Below are positions 36,436-46,331 of a stretch of 55,206 nucleotides of DNA, piece after piece. Position 1 is the stretch's first letter; every line of letters starts with the position of its first letter. The notes below the pieces were generated by a model. The model made no database searches, was not told the origin of the DNA, and worked only from the letters and a program-made list of their open reading frames with translations. Origin of the DNA: an uncultured Dehalococcoidia bacterium (GTDB taxonomy: Bacteria > Chloroflexota > Dehalococcoidia > GIF9 > UBA5629); NCBI GenBank assembly GCA_903844685.1, contig CAIMUM010000139.1, positions 1 through 55,206 on the forward strand, given 5' to 3'. A program made the translations under genes and the position numbers.

Positions 36436-37311
36436 TCACCACAAACTTTCAGTCTTTGCTATGCCCTGAGGACGGAATAGCAGCATGATCACTACTACTA
36501 CCAGAGCCGCCAGGTTCATAAGACGGGGTTCCTTAACCACGAAGGACATAAACGCATGGGTCAAGCCGATAATGAAGGCGGCTATTATCGTTCCCCGGAT
36601 ATTGCCCAGGCCTCCCATGACCGAGACCAGGATGGCCGTCGTCATATACCCCCAGCCCATCCATGGGTCAACCGCCCAGACCGGGGCAATCATCAGCATG
36701 GCGATGATAACGGGGAGCAGCACCACCACCATGATGAACATGTAAATCTGTTCAACCTGGATCCCCATTATTTTCGAGGTGTTGATATCATAGGAAATAG
36801 CCCTGACTGCCAGGCCGGTCTTGGTCTTGAGGAAGAAGAGCACGAAAAATACCGTGACCAAGATGCCAAAAGCCGCTGCTAAAATCAACTGATAAGAAAT
36901 CTCCGTGCCACCGATGGCCATACTGCCGGGTATGATGGTGGTCGGCAGGTTGACGGCTACCTGGATCGGGTACCACCTGTTGGCCGCCTCCTGGGCGATC
37001 ATAGCGATGAGCAGCAGCCCGGTGATAATCTTCTCCTCCATTTTGACGTACCTGGCTATTATCCCTTTATATATGCCGATGGCAATGCCTGCCTGTACCA
37101 CTACCATTAATATAATAGATAACCATAACGGCAGATGGAGTGTATTGAAGAACATCCAGGTTAGATAGATAGTGGCTACGAATATGTAAGCATAGCCGAG
37201 GTGGAAGATCCTGAGTACGCCACAGATGAGAGAGAAACCGATAGAAACCAGCAGATAGAGAGAACCGAGTAACAGGGTGTAGACCAGCATTGTTTCAATT
37301 GTTGTCAGCAC
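36436..37311 (-). CDS. livH: Branched-chain amino acid-type ABC permease (LivH-like)
   Basis: SLYLLVSIGFSLICGVLRIFHLGY, KTKTGLAVRAIS, GGLGNIRG, RPQGI. Confidence 0.92.
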   Translation of the reverse strand: MLTTIETMLVYTLLLGSLYLLVSIGFSLICGVLRIFHLGYAYIFVATIYLTWMFFNTLHLPLWLSIILMVVVQAGIAIGIYKGIIARYVKMEEKIITGLLLIAMIAQEAANRWYPIQVAVNLPTTIIPGSMAIGGTEISYQLILAAAFGILVTVFFVLFFLKTKTGLAVRAISYDINTSKIMGIQVEQIYMFIMVVVLLPVIIAMLMIAPVWAVDPWMGWGYMTTAILVSVMGGLGNIRGTIIAAFIIGLTHAFMSFVVKEPRLMNLAALVVVVIMLLFRPQGIAKTESLW

Positions 37312-37366
37312 GTTTTACCTTTCTCTACTTATTTTTTCCTCCTCCTCCCACGGACACCGAAGTAAG

Positions 37367-37395
37367 ATGCTACCAGATAAATTTAAGACTGTCAA
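37367..37395 (-). promoter_or_regulatory. Sigma70-type promoter of the livH operon
   Basis: Minus strand TTGACA-17 bp-TAGCAT with an extended TG. Confidence 0.65.
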
Positions 37396-37591
37396 CACAT
37401 CTTATGTAAATAGACGCAAATATTTTCAAACTCGAATTACGTGTGAACCAGATATAATGTCGGTTGACCGCCAGTCAATTCTTTAACCGACAGTTCAATC
37501 GGTAAACATAATATAGTGGCACTTTCGATAAATAACCGGGTACACAGTCGTCGATATCATCTGTTATAATCTTGTTAATCCTAAAACGTGT

Positions 37592-38956
37592 ATGATTAAC
37601 AAACCTTTATTCGGCACCAGTGGAGTGAGGGGTGTGGTTAACCAGGACCTTACTCCTGAATTATGCAAGAACGTGGGCAGGGCTCTCGGCACCCTGCTGC
37701 CCTCCGGCGCGGCGGTCTGTCTGGGGACTGACTCACGCCTGAGCCGTGAACTAATTAAATCCGCCGTAACCGAGGGGCTGACCGAAACTGGTATTAACGT
37801 GGCACAACCCGGCATCTTGCCGACTCCGGCACTCGCCCTTCTGACCCGCGAGGTTGGCTTCGGCGCCGGCGTGATGATTACAGCATCCCACAACCCTCCG
37901 GAATTCAACGGGATAAAGCTATTCAACGCAGACGCTATCGGGTACAGCAGGGTGCAGGAAGAGCAGGTCGAGCAAATTTATTACGGCGGCCTATTCCGCT
38001 CCGGGAAGACCGGGGCAGTCGAGCAGGTCCCACTCATGAAGGATAAGTATTTCGCGTTTATCAGGGCACTTACCGCAGGCTGGAACTTCAATTACGGCCT
38101 CAAATTGATGATCGACCCCGGCAACGGCGCAGCCGCCGGCTTTGCCAGTGAACTTTTCCGGCAGCTTGGGTTTACAGTCATACCGGTCAACGATGTGCCG
38201 GATGGACGCTTCCCGGGCCGCAGTTCGGAGCCCAAAGAGGATACGCTCCAGGCTACCATCAAGTTCCTGCGGCAGAAGAACGCCGACCTGGCCATCTGCT
38301 TTGATGGGGACGCCGACCGCGTGGTTTTCTGCGACCAGCAGGGCTTCATCGGCTTCAACGAGATGATCGCTTTTATTTCAAGGATAGCCATACAATCGTC
38401 CGGCAAGCTTACCGTGGCTACCACCGTAGAGACGGGTATGCTGCTTGACCTTGCTGTCAGGGACCTCGGCGGCAGTGTCATCCGCGGCAGGGTGGGAGAC
38501 GTTTACGCCGCCCATTTAGCCAGGGATAACGATGCTGCACTGGGCGTTGAATCGGTAGGGGTCTACATCCTGCCGCAGGCCGGTTACTACCCCGACAGTA
38601 TATTCGCCGCCCTGACTTTGCTCGGTTCAATCAGGCAGGCTGCTGATATCAGGTCCTTTCTCAATACTCTCCCGCCTCTGCATTTTTATAAAGATAAGGT
38701 GGCCTGTCCAAACGAAAATAAGGCGGTGGCCACGGAACTGGTCAGTAAGAAAGCACTATCACTGAAAGCCTCTCGCCTCAATAATTTAGACGGGCTGCGC
38801 TTCGAATTCGACGAAGGCTGGATGCTAATCCGGGCCAGCGGTACTGAACCGGCCATACGTGTCCTGGCTGAAGCCGGTAGCCGGACATTTGCGCGCAGCC
38901 TGCTGAACCGGGGTATGGTTATAGTTCAAGAAGCAGTTAAGGAGGCTGGAGCATGA
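37592..38956 (+). CDS. Phosphoglucosamine mutase / phosphomannomutase (alpha-D-phosphohexomutase family)
   Basis: LFGTSGVRG, ITASHNP (phospho-Ser), FDGDADR, IRASGTEP. Confidence 0.92.
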   Translation: MINKPLFGTSGVRGVVNQDLTPELCKNVGRALGTLLPSGAAVCLGTDSRLSRELIKSAVTEGLTETGINVAQPGILPTPALALLTREVGFGAGVMITASHNPPEFNGIKLFNADAIGYSRVQEEQVEQIYYGGLFRSGKTGAVEQVPLMKDKYFAFIRALTAGWNFNYGLKLMIDPGNGAAAGFASELFRQLGFTVIPVNDVPDGRFPGRSSEPKEDTLQATIKFLRQKNADLAICFDGDADRVVFCDQQGFIGFNEMIAFISRIAIQSSGKLTVATTVETGMLLDLAVRDLGGSVIRGRVGDVYAAHLARDNDAALGVESVGVYILPQAGYYPDSIFAALTLLGSIRQAADIRSFLNTLPPLHFYKDKVACPNENKAVATELVSKKALSLKASRLNNLDGLRFEFDEGWMLIRASGTEPAIRVLAEAGSRTFARSLLNRGMVIVQEAVKEAGA

Positions 38957-40278
38957 AGGTAGTATTCCTTTGCGGCGGCATCGGGAAAAGGATGTTCCCC
39001 ATCACCGAGGACAAATTCCTGTTGGATTTCATGGGCAGCCCGCTGCTGGCACACCAGGTAGAACTGGCCCGGCAGGCTGGTTTGGATAATTTCGTCATCA
39101 TATGCAATCCCGGCAATATCGACCAGGTGAAAGAGATCACAGCTTCAATAAAGGGAGCAAAATTTCAATTCGTTCTTCAGGAGCAACCGCTCGGCATTGC
39201 TGATGCGCTGAAGACCGCCGCGCCCCTCCTGGACAGCGCTGTAATCGTTGTGAACCCCAACGATGTTTTTGATGGCTCGGCTTATAGTATCGTATTAGAC
39301 GCCTACAAACAGCGGACCGCCTCCTCCTATATGCTGGGCTTCCGTGTCAAACAGTATTTCCCGGGCGGTTACCTGGCGGTGAACGAACACGATGAGCTTA
39401 CACGCATTGTGGAAAAACCGGAGCCCGGCACGGAGCCCGGAGACCTCGTGAACATATTGCTCCACCTTCACACAGACATTCATAAGCTATTTGAATACAT
39501 CGATATCGTGCAGACAACACGGGATGACGTCTACGAATGCGCCCTAGACGGCATGGCACGCCATGCCTACAAGATCAAGGTAGTCCGATATGAAGGTTTC
39601 TGGGCGCCGATTAAATATCCCTGGCATATCTTTGATGTCGTCAGGTATTTCCTGGACGGCAGCCAGCGCAGGGTCCCTCCTTCAGCGGCTGTCTCGGAGA
39701 ATGCGACAGTAGCTGGTAGTGTAGTCATGGGCGAAAACGTCCGCATCCTTGAGAACGCGGTGGTGCGCGGGCCGGTCTATATCGGGCCAAATACCATTAT
39801 CGGCAATAACGCCCTTGTCAGGGAATACAGCCACATCGGGGCAGACTGCGTGGTGGGCTTTTCCACCGAGATTAAAGGCTCTTACATAGGTAGCGGCTGC
39901 TGGTTCCACTCCAGTTATATCGGCGACTCAATTGTTGGCAATAGCTGCTCCTTTGGAGCAGGCAGCGTAACAGCTAACTTCCGCTTCGATGAGAAGGAGA
40001 TATCCGTAAATTACGGCGGACAAAACGTGGGAACGGAGAGGGACCATTTTGGAGCTATTATCGGCAACAACTGCAAGACAGGCATAAACTCTGGCATACT
40101 GCCGGGACGGCGCGTGGGACCGAACTCCATTGTCGGCTCCCATGTATGCCTGGCTGATGACCTTGAGCCCAATACGGCAGCCCTTGGCACACCCTCTAAC
40201 TACCTGGTTAAGAATACCATCGGACTGGATAACGCAATGCAGCAGGGACTGAAGGATACGCCGCCAAATAATGGTTGA
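38953..40278 (+). CDS. Bifunctional sugar-1-phosphate nucleotidylyltransferase/acetyltransferase (archaeal GlmU-like)
   Basis: LCGGIGKRMFPIT, QEQPLGIADA, YPWH, hexapeptide repeats, YIGDSIVG, GAGSVTANFRFD, GAIIG..CKTGIN. Confidence 0.85.
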   Translation: MKVVFLCGGIGKRMFPITEDKFLLDFMGSPLLAHQVELARQAGLDNFVIICNPGNIDQVKEITASIKGAKFQFVLQEQPLGIADALKTAAPLLDSAVIVVNPNDVFDGSAYSIVLDAYKQRTASSYMLGFRVKQYFPGGYLAVNEHDELTRIVEKPEPGTEPGDLVNILLHLHTDIHKLFEYIDIVQTTRDDVYECALDGMARHAYKIKVVRYEGFWAPIKYPWHIFDVVRYFLDGSQRRVPPSAAVSENATVAGSVVMGENVRILENAVVRGPVYIGPNTIIGNNALVREYSHIGADCVVGFSTEIKGSYIGSGCWFHSSYIGDSIVGNSCSFGAGSVTANFRFDEKEISVNYGGQNVGTERDHFGAIIGNNCKTGINSGILPGRRVGPNSIVGSHVCLADDLEPNTAALGTPSNYLVKNTIGLDNAMQQGLKDTPPNNG

Positions 40279-40975
40279 TTCAAAGAAAATAAATCTGCCC
40301 ATGCATGTGGCTATTGTCATGGACGGCAACGGCAGGTGGGCTAAAAAACGCGGCAAGCCACGCCTTTATGGCCATAAGCAGGGCGCACTACGAGCCCGCG
40401 ACTTCGTGGAAATGTTTGCTACCTATAATATCCCTTACCTTACCCTGTACGCTTTTTCAACTGAGAACTGGAGCCGCCCAAAATCGGAGGTTAACGGCAT
40501 TTTCAAGCTCCTGTCTGAAAACCTCGACAAGGCGATTCAAATAGCTCACGGGCAGAATATCCGCATCAGGCACCTCGGCAGGATGGACAGGCTTCCTCCT
40601 GAGATACAGAAAAAGGCCAGGGCAGCCATAGATTTGACCGATAACAATACCGGGTTGACCGTCAATATCGCATTTAACTATGGGGGTAGAAGCGAGATAG
40701 CTGACGCCGTCAGGACAATTGTAACAAGCAAAATAAAGGCTGACAAAATAGATGAATTGCTCGTTTCCGGGCATCTTTATACGGCCGGTATGCCGGATCC
40801 CGACCTTCTCATCCGCACCGGCGGAGAAATGCGCCTGAGCAACTTCCTCATCTGGCAGGCGGCCTACACTGAACTCTATTTTACCCCGGTGCTGTGGCCG
40901 GACTTTGGCCGTGAGGAACTGGAAAAAGCTCTCTCCGTTTTCAGCAAAAGACAAAGGCGGTTCGGCGGCATCTGA
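40271..40975 (+). CDS. uppS: Polyprenyl (undecaprenyl) diphosphate synthase
   Basis: HVAIVMDGNGRWA, YAFSTENWSRP, NYGGRSEI, DLLIRTGGEMRLSNFLIWQ, RRFGG. Confidence 0.97.
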   Translation: MVDSKKINLPMHVAIVMDGNGRWAKKRGKPRLYGHKQGALRARDFVEMFATYNIPYLTLYAFSTENWSRPKSEVNGIFKLLSENLDKAIQIAHGQNIRIRHLGRMDRLPPEIQKKARAAIDLTDNNTGLTVNIAFNYGGRSEIADAVRTIVTSKIKADKIDELLVSGHLYTAGMPDPDLLIRTGGEMRLSNFLIWQAAYTELYFTPVLWPDFGREELEKALSVFSKRQRRFGGI

Positions 40976-41020
40976 AAGCTCCACTGATTGACTGTTTCGT
41001 TAATATTATCAAGGTTCAAT

Positions 41021-42226
41021 ATGTACGATGTTATTATCATAGGCGCTGGAGTAACCGGCAGCTACGCAGCGGGCGAACTTGCCCGGTTGGGATACCATGT
41101 TTGCGTCCTGGAAAAACAGCAGCAGCCCGGCCTGAAAACGAGTTGCACCGGCATCATCAGCCGTGAATGCCTGGAGATGCTGGAGATTGACCACAGCCTC
41201 ATTCAGAATCAAGCACGGTCTGCCCGCATTTTTGCGCCGTCGGGAAAATACCTGCGGATAGAACGTGAAGACGCTCAAGCTTATATCCTGGACCGTCCCG
41301 GGCTTGATCGCCTGATGGCGCATAAAGCTCAGCAAAAAGGGGCGGAATTTCATTTTTCAACCCCGGTTACCGCCATCCGCCACGAAAACCGGCATGTGAC
41401 GGTAGAGGCTACCGCCATTCAGTCTGAAACGGCCCTATTCAAGGCCAGGTGCGTCATCATCGCCTGCGGCGCCGCCGTCGGCCTGGCACAGTCTGCAGGC
41501 CTCGGCCGGATTCGTGAATTTGCTCATGGTGCCCAGGCGCAGGTGGAATGCACTGATGTCAGCGAAGTGGAGATATATTCAGGCATAACAACTGCGCCCG
41601 GCTTTTTCGCCTGGCTGGTTCCTGCCGGCGGAAAGCAGGGCAAGGCTGGTCTGCTCTGCCGGGGTAATCCCAGGCCTTACCTAACAGCATTATTGGACCG
41701 GTTGCTCAAACAGAATAGGATTACTTCGATTACATCTGACATACGCTATGGCAGTATCCCATTGAAGCCACTATCGAGGACATACTCGGACCGTCTGCTG
41801 GTTATCGGTGATGCCGCAGGGCAGGTTAAGCCAACTTCGGGCGGCGGCATTTATTTCGGTATACTCTGTGCCCAACAGGCAGTGCTTATATTGGACGAAT
41901 GCCTGAAAAGCGGCGAATTATCGTCAGATAAGCTTTCGCAGTACCAGAAACGCTGGCATAAACTATTGAAAAGGGAACTCAGCATTGACTATTGGGCATA
42001 CAGGTTTTACCAGGGACTGGATGATAAACAGGTCGATCACATTTTCAATATAATCGTAAAACATGGCATACATGAATCCCTGCTGACATCCCCTGATATA
42101 ACCTTCGATTGGCACAGCATGGTGATACTTGATGCTATCCGGCACCGCTCCCTGCAAAGGTCGCTGGAAAAGCTCAAAGCGGCCCCTCTGCGTTTTCTCG
42201 AAGCCCGGATCCGCCCTCGTGGGTAA
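41021..42226 (+). CDS. Geranylgeranyl reductase family FAD oxidoreductase
   Basis: YDVIIIGAG, CTGIIS, LDRPGLD, PGFFAWLVP, IGDAAGQVKPTSGGGIYFG. Confidence 0.88.
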   Translation: MYDVIIIGAGVTGSYAAGELARLGYHVCVLEKQQQPGLKTSCTGIISRECLEMLEIDHSLIQNQARSARIFAPSGKYLRIEREDAQAYILDRPGLDRLMAHKAQQKGAEFHFSTPVTAIRHENRHVTVEATAIQSETALFKARCVIIACGAAVGLAQSAGLGRIREFAHGAQAQVECTDVSEVEIYSGITTAPGFFAWLVPAGGKQGKAGLLCRGNPRPYLTALLDRLLKQNRITSITSDIRYGSIPLKPLSRTYSDRLLVIGDAAGQVKPTSGGGIYFGILCAQQAVLILDECLKSGELSSDKLSQYQKRWHKLLKRELSIDYWAYRFYQGLDDKQVDHIFNIIVKHGIHESLLTSPDITFDWHSMVILDAIRHRSLQRSLEKLKAAPLRFLEARIRPRG

Positions 42227-42310
42227 ATGCTTGATTTCGTAAGTCGTATGCTCCTATTTGCATTTTCGGTTAAGATGTGATAACATAATTCTTGAATTCA
42301 ATACTTGTCC

Positions 42311-42339
42311 AAAAAGTGGGTCCTTGTACCCACTTTTTT
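42311..42339 (+). promoter_or_regulatory. Leader hairpin/attenuator upstream of nusA (rimP/nusA-leader-like)
   Basis: AAAAAGTGGGT-CCTTGT-ACCCACTTTTTT lies between a TTGCAT-17-TAACAT promoter and the nusA SD. Confidence 0.7.
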
Positions 42340-42377
42340 ATTGGAATTTAAATGCATAATGAGGGAGACCGACCATA

Positions 42378-43799
42378 ATGGCAAAGAGTGAGTTCATGAA
42401 TGCCCTCGTGCAACTTGCGGCAGAGAAAAACCTGCCCAAGGAGATCATTCTGACTGCGCTGGAATCAGCCCTTGTTTCAGCCTACAGGAAGGAGTCTTTC
42501 ACGCACGGCGAGGACATCTCAGTCAAGATACACTCGGTGACCGGCGAGGTTAAGCTGACACTGAAAAAAGTAGTCGCTGAAGTCCTGGAAGATGAATACC
42601 GCGAGATATCCCTCAAAGATGCCAGGAAAAAGGATAAGACCCTCAAGGCCGGCGATAGTGTTACCTATGATCTGCCTGCCCCCAATGCCGGCCGCATACC
42701 CGCACAGATAGCCAAACAGGTCATCCTGCAGAAGCTGCACGATGCTGAGCGCGGCGCTATCTATGAAGAATACGTGGGCAAAGAGGGTGAGATAGTCACC
42801 GGTACAGTTCAACGGGTCACGCCTGAGCAGGTGGTTATCGACATAGGTAAGACCGAGGCTATAATACCGCAAAACGAAAAGACCCCGACCGAGCGCTACA
42901 GGCAGGGCCAGCGGCTCAAGCTTTATATTGTAGAGGTAGCCCGCACGACCCGCGGGCCGCAGGTTATCGCCTCGAGGGCACACAGGAACCTGCTCAGGGA
43001 CCTGCTGATACTGGAGATACCCGAGATCGCCAGCGGTACCGTGGAGATAAAAGGAGTGGCCAGGGAGGCCGGCTACCGCAGCAAGGTCGCAGTATTCACG
43101 CGCCAGAGCAGTATCGACCCGGTAGGCTGTTGCGTAGGCCTGCGCGGCATCCGCATACAGAATATAGTCAATGAGCTCAACGGCGAAAAGATAGATGTCG
43201 TTCAGTGGTCAGATGACCCGCGGACGTTTATAGCAAGCGCCCTCAGCCCCGCCCAGGTGTTGAGCGTGGTGCTCAATGAAGCCGAGACCACGGCGCTGGT
43301 CAAAGTGCCGGATAAACACCTCTCCCTGGCCATCGGAAAGGAAGGGCAGAACGTCCGCCTGGCTGCAAAGCTTACCGGCTGGCGTATCGATATCAAGAGC
43401 GCTTCTGATCTCGACGCAGCCAGGGCTCTCCAAAAGGGAGAGGCAGCGGAAAAGCCCGCTCCCGCTGAGGAAAAACACGTGGATGAGATCACAGAGGTTA
43501 TCGAAGAAACCGCAGAGGCATCCACCCCTGAGGAAGCTGAGACTGGGGAGCCGGCAACCGCAATCGCAGAGCCTACAGAGAGCGCTGGCATCGAGATACT
43601 TATGCCGGCTGAGGCGGTAGCATCCGCCAAGCCGTCACGCATCCGCTTCGCAGAGGAAATTATGGCAGGGCGAGACGGTAAATCAAGGAAAAAGGAAGCG
43701 GTAAAGAAAGACGAGGCCAAGGACGCCAGCGTGAAAGCCAAGAGCGTCAAGCCCAAGAAGAAAACTTATTATGAAGATGAAGACTTTGAAAGTCAATAA
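42378..43799 (+). CDS. nusA: Transcription termination/antitermination factor NusA
   Basis: [16 protein letters not shown]1 domain, [42 protein letters not shown], acidic tail. Confidence 0.98.
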   Translation: MAKSEFMNALVQLAAEKNLPKEIILTALESALVSAYRKESFTHGEDISVKIHSVTGEVKLTLKKVVAEVLEDEYREISLKDARKKDKTLKAGDSVTYDLPAPNAGRIPAQIAKQVILQKLHDAERGAIYEEYVGKEGEIVTGTVQRVTPEQVVIDIGKTEAIIPQNEKTPTERYRQGQRLKLYIVEVARTTRGPQVIASRAHRNLLRDLLILEIPEIASGTVEIKGVAREAGYRSKVAVFTRQSSIDPVGCCVGLRGIRIQNIVNELNGEKIDVVQWSDDPRTFIASALSPAQVLSVVLNEAETTALVKVPDKHLSLAIGKEGQNVRLAAKLTGWRIDIKSASDLDAARALQKGEAAEKPAPAEEKHVDEITEVIEETAEASTPEEAETGEPATAIAEPTESAGIEILMPAEAVASAKPSRIRFAEEIMAGRDGKSRKKEAVKKDEAKDASVKAKSVKPKKKTYYEDEDFESQ

Positions 43800-44091
43800 T
43801 ACCTTGGGGATACAGAGGCAGAAACATTTGCCGGAGCGTACATGTGTAGCCTGCCGTGGCTCCAAAGGCAAACGAGATCTGATACGCCTCGTTTCTTCTC
43901 CCGCTGGGATCGAGATCGATCCAAAGGGTAAAAAGCCCGGCAGGGGCGTGTACCTCTGCGCCTGCTCCGTCTGTTGGGAACGGGGGCTGAAAAGCAACCG
44001 CATCGAGTTAGGGCTGCGCTCTAAAATGTCCGCGGAGAACCGGCGATCTCTGGTTGACTACGGTAGGAGCTTACCAGGGAAGGAAGATTAG
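43786..44091 (+). CDS. ylxR: YlxR/RnpM family RNA-binding protein
   Basis: PERTCVACR, KRDLIRLV, GRGVYLC. Start is uncertain (43771-43786). Confidence 0.92.
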   Translation: MKVNNTLGIQRQKHLPERTCVACRGSKGKRDLIRLVSSPAGIEIDPKGKKPGRGVYLCACSVCWERGLKSNRIELGLRSKMSAENRRSLVDYGRSLPGKED

Positions 44092-44094
44092 ATA

Positions 44095-45882
44095 ATGAAT
44101 AACAGGCAGGAACAATCGGGCAGCCCCGCTGAAGGCGATCCCAAACAGGGGACGCAGCAGATAGGACTCCCTCCGGTGATAACGGTCAAACAGCTTGCTG
44201 ACCAGATAGGCGTCAGTGGTATTGAGATAATCAAGCAACTCATGCGCAACGGCGTAATGGCCAATATCAATCAGTCGTTAGATTACGACGTCGCCGCTTC
44301 AGTGGTGTCCGATTTCGGACTGACAGCAAAAAAGTTGCGCGTGGCTGCCCATGGTAAACAGAAAGCCGCGGCTAAAGGCGCTAAATTGCATGAGCGTCCA
44401 CCCGTTATCACCATTATGGGTCATGTCGACCACGGTAAAACCAGCCTGCTGGACGCCATACGGCGGACCAATGTCGTTGCCGGTGAAGCCGGCGCCATAA
44501 CCCAGCACATCGGCGCCTACCAGATTGAAATGAAAGGCCGTAAAATCACTTTCCTCGATACGCCCGGCCACGAAGCCTTTACCGCCATGCGCGCGCGCGG
44601 TGCGCGGGCTACTGACATCGCCGTACTGGTGGTGGCGGCCGATGACGGCGTTATGCCTCAGACCATCGAAGCGCTGGACCATGCGCGCGCCGCTGGTGTA
44701 AGCATCGTCATCGCGCTTAATAAGATCGATAAGGCCAACGCCAACCCCGACAGGATCAAGCAGCAGCTTTCCGACCTGGGCGTAGTCATCGAAGAGTGGG
44801 GCGGCGATGTAGTGTGCGTCCCCGTATCGGCCAAGAAAAAACAGGGCATCGACGACCTATTGGAAAACCTCATTCTCGTCGCTGACATCATGGAACTCAA
44901 GGCTGAAGTTGACTGCCTGGCTGAAGGTATCGTTATTGAGGCCAAACTCGATAAGACGCGCGGACCGATTGCCACTCTGCTGGTGCAGAAGGGTGTGCTC
45001 AAACCCGGTGATAATATCGTTATCGGCACGGTAGGGGGCAAAATCAAGGCCATGTTCAACGACGAGGGTAAAAATATCCGCAAGGCGGAGCCAGCCACCC
45101 CCGTGGAGATACTCGGTATGAACGCTGTGCCTGACGCGGGGCAGGTCTTCCAGGTTGTAGCCGATGAAAAGGAATCTAAAGCGCTTATCGAAAGAAACAG
45201 GATGGCGGGACTGAGCACCACGACTGCCAGGGGCGTTAGCCTGACTTCTGTAGCGGCCCAGGCCAGCAGTGGCGAGGTAAAGGAACTCAATATAATACTT
45301 AAGACGGATGTCCACGGCAGTATCGAACCTATCCGCGATTCACTGGAGCGCCTTAGCGATGATAAGATGCGCGTCAAAGTCATCCATGCGGGCACCGGCG
45401 CTATCATTGAAAGCGATATACAACTGGCAGTGGCCTCGAGGGCAGTCGTCATCGGCTTCAATAGCAAGCCGGAGCCGGGGGCTGTCCGGCTCGCTGAACA
45501 GGAAAAAATCAGCGTACGCCAGTACAACATTATTTATAAACTTATAGAGGATGTGGAAAAAGCCCTCAAAGGCCTGCTTGAACCGGAATACGTGGACGTG
45601 ACCGCAGGCCAGGCCGAAGTAAGGGCTGTCTTTGAAGCCGGCAAGAAAGGCAGGATCGCAGGCTCCCAGATAAAAGAGGGCAAGGCTACCCGCGATGCGC
45701 TGGTGAAGATAGTTCGCGGAGGCAAGGTAATCGCAGAATCACGCGTAGCCGGACTGCGTCGCTTTAAAGATGATGTTAAGGAGGTGACGACCGGTATGGA
45801 ATGTGGCGTAAAACTTGATAGCTTCAATGATTTCCAGGTCGGGGATATCCTTCAGTTTATCCGCCAGGAAAAAGTGGATTAA
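44095..45882 (+). CDS. infB: Translation initiation factor IF-2 (short N-terminus)
   Basis: [47 protein letters not shown]. Confidence 0.98.
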   Translation: MNNRQEQSGSPAEGDPKQGTQQIGLPPVITVKQLADQIGVSGIEIIKQLMRNGVMANINQSLDYDVAASVVSDFGLTAKKLRVAAHGKQKAAAKGAKLHERPPVITIMGHVDHGKTSLLDAIRRTNVVAGEAGAITQHIGAYQIEMKGRKITFLDTPGHEAFTAMRARGARATDIAVLVVAADDGVMPQTIEALDHARAAGVSIVIALNKIDKANANPDRIKQQLSDLGVVIEEWGGDVVCVPVSAKKKQGIDDLLENLILVADIMELKAEVDCLAEGIVIEAKLDKTRGPIATLLVQKGVLKPGDNIVIGTVGGKIKAMFNDEGKNIRKAEPATPVEILGMNAVPDAGQVFQVVADEKESKALIERNRMAGLSTTTARGVSLTSVAAQASSGEVKELNIILKTDVHGSIEPIRDSLERLSDDKMRVKVIHAGTGAIIESDIQLAVASRAVVIGFNSKPEPGAVRLAEQEKISVRQYNIIYKLIEDVEKALKGLLEPEYVDVTAGQAEVRAVFEAGKKGRIAGSQIKEGKATRDALVKIVRGGKVIAESRVAGLRRFKDDVKEVTTGMECGVKLDSFNDFQVGDILQFIRQEKVD

Positions 45883-45938
45883 TCCCGGCCTCCCCACTTA
45901 AGCCTGCCAATCTTCGAAATATCGTTGTGGAGGAAGCT

Positions 45939-46331
45939 ATGACCAGGCGCACAGAACGTCTAAACCATTTAATTCAAATAGAGATAAGCGACCTTTTGCG
46001 TAAGCACATCAACGACCCGCGCCTTAACGGGCTTATCAGCGTTACCGGGGTTGAGATATCTAAAGACCTTAGAAATGCGGCAGTTTCCATCAGCGCGCTG
46101 GGGGATAACCTTGACAGAGAAGCGGTACTCAAAGGCTTCAAGTCAGCGGCCGGCTTCCTGCGCCGTGAACTGGCCCACCGGCTGAATATCCGCGTCACGC
46201 CTGAGCTAAGCTTCGAATTCGATGATTCCATCGAGCGCGGTGTTAAACTTGTCACTCTGATAGACAGCGTGGCTGCACATGACACTAAGGACGTAGTGGA
46301 TGGGCCTAAACGGCATACTAAACATAAATAA
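45939..46331 (+). CDS. rbfA: 30S ribosome-binding factor A
   Basis: RRTERL, DPRL, SKDLRNA, AGFLRRELA...RVTPELSFEFD. Confidence 0.95.
   Translation: MTRRTERLNHLIQIEISDLLRKHINDPRLNGLISVTGVEISKDLRNAAVSISALGDNLDREAVLKGFKSAAGFLRRELAHRLNIRVTPELSFEFDDSIERGVKLVTLIDSVAAHDTKDVVDGPKRHTKHK

Noticed and set aside
46300-46331. rbfA/truB 32-nt overlap as a frameshift or fusion
   Set aside because: Both proteins are complete with normal termini; short overlaps are common in this operon.
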